From NCBI GenBank assembly GCA_024704765.1, contig JAKMXF010000327.1, forward strand, positions 79,360-143,359: a stretch of 64,000 nt of DNA, given 5' to 3'. The notes beneath the pieces are model-generated. The model worked only from the letters and a program-made list of their open reading frames with translations. It was not told where the DNA came from and made no database searches. Positions 24,995 through 35,997 of the stretch are shown here, in pieces (position 1 is the stretch's first letter; the number at the start of each line of letters is the position of its first letter). The stretch is from Oopsacas minuta. Lineage: Eukaryota > Animalia > Porifera. Position numbers and translations under genes: made by a program.

Positions 24995-26344
24995 TTATAC
25001 AAACTTGGAATCCAAAAATGACTCTAGGGACTCTTCTTTCGCGTCTACCCATTTAACAAGACGGCAGGGAGAAACTGTACCTGTCACAGCAGATTTATAA
25101 GATTGATCCCGAAACGTTAGAATATTCCTTCGTTTATGCTCTCTTAGTACTAAACGATATTGACAGAGTAAATCAAAATTGAATTTGGGATATCCACTCA
25201 GCAGAAGTAGCAAGTCATTTACATAGTCGGTTTCATATGCTAATCTATCAGAGGGAAAGTTTAATTTAGCTCTTTTTGACAACCAGTGAGAAATGTCTTT
25301 ATCAATGTATTCTTGTGAAGGTAAAGGTAGATTTTTCATAATGACGTCACGCACAAACCATGCTTGAAGATTGAAAATCAGTAACGGATACAGTCTAGTC
25401 GTCATCCCAATGTAAAATAATTTATGGTTATTCTGAAATACAGTCCCTTTATATAGTCCAGGACATCTTTGTTGCGTATAATCATATTTTAGTGTATTTT
25501 CCAGAAATGGAAAGTAGAACAGGTAACCCGTACAGAAAATTATTACGTCAGCGGTTTGCTGAGAACCATCTCTAAAGGATGCTATATTCCCTTCAATATT
25601 CTCGAGGTAATGTACCTCTTTAATTCCATCAGGCCAGTTATGACCAATTGGTTTGTGTCGATATATAATAGTCACTGATTTCGAACCATACTTCCAGCAT
25701 TGAATAGCGATATCTTCCGCAGATAGGCCACTGCCTATTATTAATATATCCATTCCTTTGAATTGTTCGGCATTGCGAAAATCATGAGAATGTAGGACAC
25801 GGCCTGGGAAAGTAATAATGCCCTGATATTCTGGGATATATGGAACTGAGAAACGGCCACTAGCTACAACTAGGTAATCAAATACTTCGGTAAACATAAT
25901 ATTATCTTTCTTGTCCCACACAACAAGCGTAAATTTATGAGAGACATACACAACACTCTCGACTCTCATATTAAACTTGATAAACTTTCTAATATCAGAT
26001 TTATTCGCTCTACCGATGATGTAATCAAACATTACAGCCCTTGGCACGAAAGAAGGTATAGACTTCCCAAAATGTTCAATAAGTGTATAGTCAGAGTATT
26101 CTACTAATTCAATAGGATTATTTGTCCATAAATTATGATACATACTGCCATGTACTGTATCACCATACTCATCAGTGCCTGTCCTCCAGGTATAATTCCA
26201 TAGACCACCCCAATCATTTTGTTTTTCAAAGCATACTATTTCTGGGATTTTAGCTCCGTTTAATTGCGCTATTCGAAATGCTCTCATAAGAGAGAGACTA
26301 GACGGACCTGCTCCAATAATCGCTAACCTCTTTATAGGTATCAT
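24995..26344 (-). CDS. Class B flavin-containing monooxygenase of the bacterial mFMO/trimethylamine monooxygenase (Tmm) type, single exon, 449 aa from the ATG at 26344
   Basis: FAD motif IIGAGPSS, EKQNDWGGLWNYTWRTG, FMO fingerprint FPGRVLHSHDFR, NADPH motif IIGSGLSAEDIA, CTGY. By recollection it is colinear end to end with bacterial mFMO (e.g. C-terminal ILTFRDQSYKSAVTGT). The ORF-track start at 26350 is a TTG. Confidence 0.9.
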   Translation of the reverse strand: MIPIKRLAIIGAGPSSLSLMRAFRIAQLNGAKIPEIVCFEKQNDWGGLWNYTWRTGTDEYGDTVHGSMYHNLWTNNPIELVEYSDYTLIEHFGKSIPSFVPRAVMFDYIIGRANKSDIRKFIKFNMRVESVVYVSHKFTLVVWDKKDNIMFTEVFDYLVVASGRFSVPYIPEYQGIITFPGRVLHSHDFRNAEQFKGMDILIIGSGLSAEDIAIQCWKYGSKSVTIIYRHKPIGHNWPDGIKEVHYLENIEGNIASFRDGSQQTADVIIFCTGYLFYFPFLENTLKYDYTQQRCPGLYKGTVFQNNHKLFYIGMTTRLYPLLIFNLQAWFVRDVIMKNLPLPSQEYIDKDISHWLSKRAKLNFPSDRLAYETDYVNDLLLLLSGYPKFNFDLLCQYRLVLREHKRRNILTFRDQSYKSAVTGTVSPCRLVKWVDAKEESLESFLDSKFV

Positions 26345-26471
26345 CGGCAATTATTTCCTATGAAGAGAATATTACACAAGTTCTTTACTGATAGCCTGAC
26401 ACCAAGGACGTCGCCAGGGGGAGGCATAGGGGCAATGCCCCACCTGGTAAACTCGTGCCCTGGGTCATGCC

Positions 26472-27119
26472 CAGTGGAGGATCCAGTTGGATAGGGGGAT
26501 TTTTGCCTTCACCACGATAATCATGCATGACATGGAATGATTGTGGTATTGAACCATTATGCATACAGGGAAATATTAGCTCAAATTGCAAACTGTCAAA
26601 TTTCAGTTCTCAAAATTATATTATACCTTATTATAGGAAATTAACGCAATTTCAAAAGATTAAATTTATACTAATGCATTTTCTATGGAAGTTCTCTCCG
26701 AATCGCGTAAATTTCCTATAATGAGGTATGGCTTATATATATATATCACACAAATATCAAGTATAAACCTCATATTGATCTATGACTCGAGTAACAGTGT
26801 CTATTTGAATTATGTGCACCACAACACATAATTATCAACCAATATATGCTAAATTCCGGCCATTCTTTTAGAATGAAGCCTATTTATAACTTCAGAATTG
26901 TGGTTAATTTCCTCTAACAAAATTTCACAACTCGTTGAATGAAACGTTTATTTATTAAGTATGTTTATGTACTTAAAAATCCCGGAAAAAATTTGGCAAT
27001 CCCTGCCTGAACCCGTCCCGGCAGAAAATCTTACCCGATCGATCACCACCCTGGACCCCACCAGTAAACTCATAGCAGGATGGTTATCTCCCCACCAGAA
27101 ATTCATGGATCCGCCACTG
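26472..27119. mobile_element. hAT-type MITE with CAGTGG(C/A)GGATCC termini
   Basis: TIR CAGTGGAGGATCCA / TGGATCCGCCACTG. Flanks GTCATGCC vs GACATGCA (6/8). Confidence 0.65.
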
Positions 27120-27861
27120 GACATGCAATAGGGTTTGCTAAAGTATAATAACTGAACAAATAACAATATTTAAGTATTTTGACCATTGAAAATTGCGCTC
27201 GAAATCGCGAATTTATGGCAAACTTGTCGAATGAAAGATGGCAAAAATCAGAAAGGCAAAATAACCTGAAAGAAAGAATATACATTAAATTGCCCTTTTT
27301 TACTTGATCAAAGGTAGTAAAAAGCTCGATACGCAAAAAAACAAGAAGTTTTGTATTAAATAGTTCAGTATTATGGAGAAACAAGCACGGTAAGGAGGCA
27401 AAACCTAGCTGCTGTAAAAACGAATTTAACTATACAATAACATTGTACAACAAATTTTCATTTTGGAAAAAAAACGAGTACTTGATTAGGTCTCTATAGT
27501 CAATTAGGATCTCCTGATTCCGAATATGAATACAGTTTTGCTCAATCACGCAACAATTTTATAGAATTCAACTCACAAATTGAGAAAATGGCATATATTA
27601 CCAAAAGATTTCTACTTAAATATCAACTAGTCATGTAAAACTTGTGAAGATATTTAAATTCGCGGTTATGTTGAATTCATTTATTACAAGAATTAGCTCG
27701 GTGTTTGGCTAAACTTGTATTTATATGGTATTTTATGATATTTTGTGATTTTTCTCATTTTTTGTATGTGGGATTTAGATTTCGTTAGTAAAATGACCAA
27801 TTTTTTTCCTATACTAGCTCGTTTTGGTATATATTTGCTCTAAAACTATGTAGTTTAATAA

Positions 27862-30062
27862 CACTGTCCAACAAATTTTCATCATTTTTTGCTCCTGGAA
27901 TACACGGTAATGTTTCTTATGTATTCAAGTATCCTGATTCCAAATATCCAATCAGTTTTTCTCTATCAGGCAGAGATTTTGTAAAATTCAGAAATTTCCA
28001 AATCATTTTTCCATAGATCTCTATAGAATGTATAATTGTACATGTATTAATACCTTCCGCATATATTGTCTAACAATTCAAATTTTCTTAAAATATATAG
28101 AATATTACTTGCTCTTTCAAGAGGAGATTATCTGATTGTATTTGTATTTATTTCTTTTCAATTATGTCTCGTCGATGTTCAAACCCAACCGATTCTTTCT
28201 GTTATATTTGTGGAGAATTGTACACAAAGGATATGAGCAATATTTCGGTTGCAAGATTGGTGATCAAGATAAGCCTTGGGCACCTCATTTTTGTTGCTCA
28301 AAATGTGCAATAGGACTTAGTAAATGGCTAAATGGCCCACGTACTTCAATGCGATTTGCTATTCCAATGATATGGAGGGAACCAAGAGATCATTATACTG
28401 ATTGTTATTTCTGTTTGACTGATATAAAGGAATCACTTCTAAGACCAAAAAGAATATATGTTATCCCAATCTTCAATCTGCGATTCGTCCTGTTGAGCAT
28501 TCTACAGAATTCGAAGTACCTAAGCCTAAGAAAGTTTCCTTTGATGACGATACTGTTGAATATGCTATGTTAGATCAAGATGATGAGGAATTTATACCTC
28601 CGCCTATGCCACCTGATAAAACAAGACTTCCCCACATCATTAATCAAAGTGAGCTGGATGATTTGGTTAGGGACTTGAATTTGACAAAAGATCAAAGTGA
28701 ATTGCTTGGGTCAAGATTGAAAGGTTGGAACTTATTGGATGAGGAAACTAAAGTTTCATTTTTCAGGACCCGTCAAAGTGATTTCTCTGTACATTTTGAA
28801 ATGCAGGGGTCTCTATGTTATTGTAACAATGTGGATCGTGTGATGGAGTTATTAGGTGTTCAACACGAACCATCAGAGTGGCGTCTCTTCATTGATTCTT
28901 CTAAGTACAGCCTCAAGGCAGTCTTACTTCACAAAGGTAATGTATTACCATCCATACCGATAGGCCATTCAGTACACATGAAGGAGTCTCATGAGAATAT
29001 GGATAACTTATTGAAACTGATCAGATATGACTCTTACAATTGGCACATCTGTGGTGATCTGAAGGTAATTGGACTTTTGTTGGGTATGCAACCTGGATAC
29101 ACGAAATATTGTTGCTTCCTCTGTGAGTGGGATAGTAGAGCAAGGCAATCCCACTATATAGTTAAGGAGTGGCCACTACGACATCAATTAACTGCTGGTA
29201 CAAAGAGTGTAAGTTGTCAGTCCTTAGTAAATCCTGAGAAAATTCTATTACCACCTCTACACATAAAACTGGGTTTGATGAAAAACTTTGTAAAGGCGAT
29301 AGTAAAATACAATGAAGAAGGAGAAGGTTTCAAATACCTCAAGGACAAATTTCCAAAGGTCAGCGATGCTAAAATCAAGGAAGGGATATTTATAGGTCCC
29401 CAAATTAGAGAACTATTCAAGGATCTAAACTTCGAAACATGTCTAAATTCTGTCGAGAAAGCAGCATGGAATTCATTCAAATCTTTAAATGAGAACTTTT
29501 TAGGACTAAGAAATCACCAATTTATGAAGAAATTGTTGTGACACTACTTGATGCATTCAGAACAATGGGATGTAATATGTCTCTAAAAATACACTTTCTT
29601 CACTCACATTTGCAATTCTTTCCGGAAAATCTAGGTGCTGTGAGTGATGAAAATGGTGAAAGATTTCATCAAGATATAAGCACAATGGAAAGTCGTTACA
29701 ATGGAAAATTCTCTCCAAACATGATGGCTGATTATTGTTGGTCACTAAAAAGAGATACTCCTGATGCCACATACAAAAGAAATTCATATTCCAAGCATTT
29801 CTAAATTAGTATAATAAATGCTAAACCAATTGACAATTTTCATTGTAATTAAATCATAAGTATGCATTTGATTAGCCAAACTAAAGAGATATATTTATAG
29901 GAATACACTGGGACAATGATAAAACCAAAATATTGAATTTTTCAATATCGTTGCCTGATAGAGAAAAACTGATTGGATATTTGGAATCAGGGTGCTTGAA
30001 TACATGAGAAACACTACAGTGTATTCCAGAAGCAAAAAATGCTAAAAAATTGTTGGACAGTG
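27862..30062 (+). mobile_element. Chapaev3-like (CMC group) DNA transposon, full length but defective
   Basis: About 130-bp TIRs starting CACTGTCCAACAA and ending TTGTTGGACAGTG. 3-bp TAA TSD at 27859-61 and 30063-65. Family assignment is from recalled motifs plus CAC termini and TWA TSD. Confidence 0.8.
28164..29804 (+). pseudogene. Chapaev3-type DDE transposase pseudogene (at least 3 frameshifts)
   Basis: MSRRCSNPTDSFCYICG, YFGCKIGDQDKPWAPHFCCSKC, PMIWREPRDHYTDCYFCLT, WRLFIDSS (D), ICGDLKV (D), YTKYCCFLCEWDSR, LLPPLHIKLGL, GCNMSLKIHFLHSHL, SDENGERFHQ (E). Confidence 0.85.
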
Positions 30063-30761
30063 TAATCTTCACACCTTTTACATGACTAGATGATATTTAG
30101 ATTTCTATATTTTGCAAATTATTGTAATTTCCCATTTTGTATGTTTAATTTTTTATAATTATTGAGTGATTGAGCAAAACTGTATTCATATCCGGAATCA
30201 GAGATCCTAATTGACTATAGAGACCTAACTAAGTTCTCGTTGTTTTTCCAAAATGAAATTTGTTGCAGTGTAATTCTACTAATCAATAGAATTAAACAGA
30301 AACCAAATCAAAATGAATTACTTTATAAAGGCTTAGACACAGTCTGAATCTTGTTATCACCGCTAGTATGTTAATAGCTCAACGGGGGACGAAATACGAC
30401 GTGCATCAAAATCTAATGATTTGGCTGTTGAAAAAATGCTATTAGATTCTCAACTTATGTCTGTTGTATAGTTGGTCTTCGCTTTTTCCCTCAGGTTGCT
30501 TCTCTGTTACATGTAAGGTAAATTCAACGAGATTCTGTTTCCATAGGTTGCAGTTATTTGCTTTTCGAAGCTAATTTAGCTAAACATATTTCTAAAATAA
30601 TATCAAATAATCCGAAATTTTCGCAATAAGTATTAAGTAGAGTAGATATTCCGTATTGAAAATGAGAATTCACGTTATACTAAAATGTTACAAATTGCTA
30701 ATTCTCAATGTATTATGATACAAGGAAAATATACATCGCCTTTACATGAGATATATATTAT

Positions 30762-31793
30762 GAACGGCGGAACTTTCGTCTCAGGAAATTTCGTATCCGG
30801 AAATTTGGTCTCTGAAATATGGTCTCTGAAATATGGTCTCTTGGAAAGCTCGTATCTGGAATTTTCGTATCAAAATGTTTCTTTTAAGTAATTATAAATG
30901 ATATTCTTCACGGGCATCATATATTTCTTAAGATAACAATCATATAGGTGTTGCATTCGAAATATTTTTGATTTGTTTAAAATGTAGCTGCACAAACTTG
31001 ATTAAAATACACAAACTAACCCACAACCTATTCTGTAAATGATTCGAGACTATTAACATCTTAATTATATAAGTGTTTCTTCTTTAACTCAAACGTAACA
31101 TACGTTAATATGGCCGAAGTTCTCTCAATTGAATTGCTCAAGAGTACTCAAGGAAAATAAAGCTGCTATCCGAGGATTGCATATACTTTGGTTAGGTCAG
31201 TGGATGATATTGAACGTATCCGAACATTAGTTTCAGACTACGCAAATCGGGATACCATTACCTATCTAAAGGGAATAGGACATAACTTTGACTTTGAATA
31301 TATTTTCATCTATACAGGTATCCCTCTTTCTACGCGATATATGCATTCCTTGAAAAGTCCGCGTAAAAAAAGTTTGCTATTCTCATAGTAACACATTTTA
31401 AACCAATAGAAGCGTTCCTAATAATTATGAAAATTAAATATTGTTTGAAGACATGAGGATATATATTTGAAAAATATCAAAATTTGAATTAGTATATAGG
31501 TATGGAAATATTCTAGACTACAAAATCGTTTCCAGGTGTTCTGATCTATTATCTTAACTCATATATCTAAAATTCGAACACAAAGAGAAATGATGGTATC
31601 AAAATCATAGATAAACCACGTAAAACGAGTTGAAGACCGCGTAAAACAAGGTTTGGATGCAAAAAAATTGTCCGCGTAAACGAGGGTTTAGTGTACTTTA
31701 CTTTAAATTCTACTATTCACCCATTAAACACGAAAATTCCAAGAGACCAAATTTCCGGATACGAAATTTCCTGAGACAAAAGTTCCGTTTACC
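30762..31793 (+). mobile_element. Internally deleted MULE element
   Basis: TIRs with CGGAACTTT-GTCTCAGGAAATTTCGTATCCGGAAATTTGGTCTCT at both ends. Perfect 9-bp TSD ATATATTAT (30753-61, 31794-802). Retains the transposase start (MAEVLSIELLKSTQGK) and end (RIRTLVSDYANRDTITYLKGIGHNF). Confidence 0.88.
31315..31693. mobile_element. pogo/Tigger-like MITE nested in the MULE derivative
   Basis: Imperfect TIR CAGGTATCCCTCTTTCTACGCG / CGCGTAAAACGAGGGTTTAGTG, TA on both sides. Confidence 0.6.
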
Positions 31794-31836
31794 ATATATT
31801 ATTACATAATTACTATCATAACCCAATTTTAGTGTA

Positions 31837-32847
31837 TTAATCTAATTCCTCAAAATCAGATAATCCACTCCAATCAACTTGTTCATCATCTTTTATAGTT
31901 ATTTGTTGATTTTCCCAGCCTTCCCCTCTCACTGGGAGTTCATTACAGTTTTGGATAGATTCAGAATTGGATCTGTACGGATTATAGAAGTGTATTGGGA
32001 AGTCCTTAGATATTTTATCTCCTCTTAACCCTTTATTTTGTTGAATTAACTGACGTTTGTGATATACGTGACAATTATGTAATTCTTCCTGATGTTTGAT
32101 ACTCTTCAGACACTCAATTTCATTTTTCACATGATGCAATTCTCTCTCTTTTTCTGTGTTCTCGCGGTGTACTTGTTCTAACTTCTGTTGTATTTCTTTG
32201 AACTCATATTGTAGATGGTTCTTATCCACCTCTTCTCGCTCTTTTTCTAGTTCTAATATTAAATTCTCTAATTTTTGTGTATTATTATATGATAATTCTA
32301 CCTGTCTTGTTAGAATTAGATTTTGTCCTTCTAAAGTTAATATTTGATCTCCCAAATGTATCATATATATTTCTCTGTCTTTAATTTCATCTAGGATAGC
32401 TCGTCTCTTCTTTACTGTGTTTTCTATTTCCAACCTTTCTACTTCAGTTCTTTTAGAATTATGCTTAGTATACATTCCCTCTTCTTGTATTAACGAAGAA
32501 AATTGTTTAGATCTTGTGATGAAGTTTCTGTTCAAAGTAATTAATTCTGTTTTTTTCAAGTCTATTTCAGCTTTTAAAAGATAATCTCCTGCTTCAAGGA
32601 CCTTCTTTTGCTCAATTAATATCTTACATTGATTGTTGCTACCCATCAATTCACCGAGCTCGAAACCTAGCTGGTTATTTCGTATGATATTTTCACCGAT
32701 TAGAGATGTCATACGATCTTTAATTTGTTTTAAATCTTTTTGTCCTGACTGTAATGAACAACTTAGTTTCTTCAATTCATTACTTTTCTTTTGGAATTCC
32801 TGTTCTGTATTCAGGATCTGTTCGAACAGTAATGTTAGATTTGACAT
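31837..32847 (-). CDS. Coiled-coil protein, tentatively CCDC172-like, single exon, 336 aa
   Basis: Uninterrupted 336-aa heptad-rich E/K/Q/L ORF. The N-terminus MSNLTLLFEQILNTEQEFQK resembles the recalled CCDC172 start; not verified. Confidence 0.7.
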   Translation of the reverse strand: MSNLTLLFEQILNTEQEFQKKSNELKKLSCSLQSGQKDLKQIKDRMTSLIGENIIRNNQLGFELGELMGSNNQCKILIEQKKVLEAGDYLLKAEIDLKKTELITLNRNFITRSKQFSSLIQEEGMYTKHNSKRTEVERLEIENTVKKRRAILDEIKDREIYMIHLGDQILTLEGQNLILTRQVELSYNNTQKLENLILELEKEREEVDKNHLQYEFKEIQQKLEQVHRENTEKERELHHVKNEIECLKSIKHQEELHNCHVYHKRQLIQQNKGLRGDKISKDFPIHFYNPYRSNSESIQNCNELPVRGEGWENQQITIKDDEQVDWSGLSDFEELD

Positions 32848-33181
32848 ACGTAAGTTTAGATAACACTATTGTTAATCTATGCTAATATATCTGCTAAGAG
32901 TAGTAGACTGAATGACAGAAATCCTTTGAAATATGATTGGATAATTCTCCATGGAGTATTATTGAGTATGTTTCAATTCGCATACTTGATGCTAAAATTA
33001 TTAAGAAATGCATGACAGAATAAAATCATTCAGTATATTTGCTAAAGATTCCATCGTAGTCTATGTAGTAATTTACAAATAGCAAATAAAAAATAAAAAT
33101 ACAATCTGTGCAGACAGCTAATTCTGATAATTAAATTTGTTAAAAAATGGCACATGAAAGGTTAGGTTTAATCCCAAACAC

Positions 33182-33290
33182 CAAGGTTGAAACCGATCGA
33201 ACCGAATATCAGTATTCATGAATAGTTGCTTAACCGAACACTGATATTATTCGGTTGAACCGAATATTGAACTATTCGGTTGCCACCTTG
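33182..33290. mobile_element. Short copy (109 bp) of the AACCGAATA MITE family at 24445-24607, opposite orientation
   Basis: Begins CAAGGTTGAAACCGATCGAACCGAATATCAGTATTCATGAATAGTTGCTT, the reverse complement of about 24558-24607. Flanks CCAAACAC vs CAATACAC (6/8). Confidence 0.75.
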
Positions 33291-34065
33291 CAATACACAT
33301 AGTGAATAGTGCCACTTTATTAAACAAATGACGTGATAGCCTTTAGGGACGATTTAGAGTATTTTTTCAAATCCTTTTTAACCCTATTCTGAAGAGATGA
33401 TTCTTCTATATCCATAGTGCATAGTATAATTTATTCCAAGTATAACAAAATACTATACTTGTTGATTCAGGCCTTATAAACTTTCTCGTGGTTGAGAGTT
33501 ACCCCTACACAAGCCTTCCAAAACTTATTTCAATTTCAGGTCATTCAGAGTATTTTCAGCTCATTTTCAGGCTTGACGGAATTTACTGTATTCTTTCTTC
33601 TCTAATAATCTAACCTTGCTAATCCCGTCACTTAATTAACTAGTAAATTGAATTGAATTGAATTACCTCGATAACACGTTTCGAGTATGATATATCTTCG
33701 ATGTGGTAGGCTCTTGTCAAAAATATATACTGAGGTAAAACTGGCAGTATATCAATCCATCCCTTGGTGTATGGTTTCCCCATTCCTAAGTTGATTATTT
33801 GCGCTCCATTGATTGTTAAATGATCTGAAAATGACCTGACCTGACTATGTAGGACGTTTTGACAAACCTGCCCCTACATTACGAAATAAGAAGCAGAAGT
33901 GCGAAACGGGATAAAATAATCTTGTTAGAGGAGTTGTTGGAATGTTAGATACAGGACCCTCGTTCTGTAGTATAATAATATTACACTAAATAGTTTCATC
34001 TTGTCAGCACAATTACAAATTATATTCATTGAAATCTAATTACAATCATAACAATAGTATAGTAA

Positions 34066-35997
34066 TCATTTGAGCACCGATAACAGACTCTCCAATTCCT
34101 GAACAATTTCAATATATTGCCATGTATCCTCTTTCGAAAGGACCATAAATTTCTCACAAATACTCACTAGCTCTTGTATTCTATAATCATGTACATAGCT
34201 GATGTCTTTATAGAGAATGAGGAGTAGTTTTAGGTATATGGGGACTAAACAATGTGTGTGAGAAAGATCTAATAGATTTCTTATCCCAATATCAACTAGC
34301 ATTCTAATATCTGAACCATCAAATAGATCACGAGTAATATGATGAGATACTAGATTATCAGTCATCTTGAGAACAGAGTGAGCACGAGATTTGAGGAGTG
34401 TTATCACAGGGTCTATATCTCTATTGAGATAGAGCATCAGCATATCAATAAAGCTACGGCTGTCACACACGTCAGAGGAGTTCCAGAATGGAAACGCATT
34501 AACTGAAACATGTAAGTTAAAACTGAGTACAAGTGACATTAACGTTTCTGACAAGCACTCATCAACGTCAAGCACTAGCCTATCGTCCATCAGTGAGAAG
34601 ACAAACGAAAATAAGTTAGAATTCCATGAGTCATACAAGTCGATAGGGATCTGTTCTCCTGTACTGAATAGGTATACCCCTAGCCTCGCTGCCTCTAATC
34701 CCAACCTAAAGTTAGTATGAATATTGAGCAACTCATTAGTGATAAATGAAGCTAGAGTAGTTACAAGCAATCTAGAGCAGAACTGTACGTCTAGAGCTGA
34801 TAGGATCTTAAGAGCAGTGATCAGTTTGAGTCTAATGACAGGACGCTTTTCACCACAGTAGAAAGCAGAGATGATAGATAATAGCTGACAATCTTCAGAC
34901 GAGACAGCACGCCTCACAGCACGGGGGTCTCCGTCCTGGAAAATCTTAATGAAAGTATCTATCTGCTCACTAATTATGTGTTGGTCACTGAGAACCTCCC
35001 AGCTACGCTCCTGGTAGTCTAATACACGTTCTTGGAATACCTCAGATAATGAATTTAAAATCCTCTCATCTTCAGTTTCTATGGGTGTGTCTTCCATCTG
35101 TAGAGAACTGTCAAGCTCAGTCTGTAGCGTAGTAAGCTTAGTAGATAGAGGATTGAAACTCTCATTCTCACATAAGAACCTGATCACAGCACTCACAGAG
35201 AGACAGGCACTACTGAAACTAATCTTAGCTTGTTCTCTTACAAACTCCACAAGCTGTGTAGCAGTTTCTGGGTTTATCTCAGGGAGATGACAAGATGAAT
35301 CAACTTGAGATTTATTAGTAGAATTGTCGTGCGTTGATTCTGAGAGAGCTGGAGGAGGAGGATTAGGAACCTGAATGTCACAATCAACAACATCAGGATT
35401 GTATATTAATTCAAAGGAACCGATCTGTTGAGGAGTATCTTGTGGTAGTATAGGGAGAGGATCAGATGGAGTAGGATTATTTTTAGAATCAAACAACCCA
35501 TCTGAATTGATTACAGACAGAGGGTGGGTGCGAGGGGAGGGAATAGGTGGCGGATTATCCAATTCTTTACTGAGTGGAGACATTCTGGTTGAGAGAGCCC
35601 GTGGAGGGAGGGGAGGGTAATTAGCAGCTGTCTTTAAGTGGAATGAAGGAATGAGACCTCTACGGCCATCTTGCTTTTGTACTAACCACATACTAAGCTC
35701 AGAATTTCCCTGTATAACTTCAATCTGTTCCCCTACATCAAAGTCTAGGTCATGTTGTCCAGCCTTTCTATACTCCGGGTCAATGATAAACATAGACTGC
35801 TTTTTAGAAGAGCTGTGAATTGTTTGGAGATATTTTGCTGGTACTAAGCCTATATCTCCATTCTTGTTTCGAACCCATTTCCATTTCTCATTTAAATTGC
35901 TTATTTCATAGAAGGTTTGATTGGTAGGGAATGATAAAATCCGAAGATCTTTATAGTTTAGAGATGATGAATTAAATTCTCTGATTGTGTTATACAT
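34066..35997 (-). CDS. NCKIPSD: NCK-interacting protein with SH3 domain (SPIN90/WISH/DIP family), single exon, 643 aa, two N-terminal SH3-like domains
   Basis: SH3-like WKWVRNKNGDIGLVPAKYL and MWLVQKQDGRRGLIPSFHL, Pro-rich region (PPLPPR, PPPIPSPR), and the SPIN90/Ldb17-type C-terminal region (YQERSWEVLSDQHII...DGDPRAVRR, FSTGEQIP). Confidence 0.85.
   Translation of the reverse strand: MYNTIREFNSSSLNYKDLRILSFPTNQTFYEISNLNEKWKWVRNKNGDIGLVPAKYLQTIHSSSKKQSMFIIDPEYRKAGQHDLDFDVGEQIEVIQGNSELSMWLVQKQDGRRGLIPSFHLKTAANYPPLPPRALSTRMSPLSKELDNPPPIPSPRTHPLSVINSDGLFDSKNNPTPSDPLPILPQDTPQQIGSFELIYNPDVVDCDIQVPNPPPPALSESTHDNSTNKSQVDSSCHLPEINPETATQLVEFVREQAKISFSSACLSVSAVIRFLCENESFNPLSTKLTTLQTELDSSLQMEDTPIETEDERILNSLSEVFQERVLDYQERSWEVLSDQHIISEQIDTFIKIFQDGDPRAVRRAVSSEDCQLLSIISAFYCGEKRPVIRLKLITALKILSALDVQFCSRLLVTTLASFITNELLNIHTNFRLGLEAARLGVYLFSTGEQIPIDLYDSWNSNLFSFVFSLMDDRLVLDVDECLSETLMSLVLSFNLHVSVNAFPFWNSSDVCDSRSFIDMLMLYLNRDIDPVITLLKSRAHSVLKMTDNLVSHHITRDLFDGSDIRMLVDIGIRNLLDLSHTHCLVPIYLKLLLILYKDISYVHDYRIQELVSICEKFMVLSKEDTWQYIEIVQELESLLSVLK

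Larger units (their letters stand above)
27441..30270. mobile_element. Non-autonomous Chapaev3-like element (outer) with long TIRs, hosting a nested element
   Basis: 27441-27550 is the reverse complement of about 30165-30270 (TTAGGTCTCTATAGTCAATTAGGATCTC-TGATTCCG-ATATGAATACAGTTTTGCTCAATCAC). TAA flanks both ends. Confidence 0.8.

Noticed and set aside
24995-26344. FMO as bacterial contamination
   Set aside because: No operon, neighbouring bacterial genes or obvious compositional break; flanked by MITE families that recur elsewhere in the window. Misassembly cannot be fully excluded without reads.
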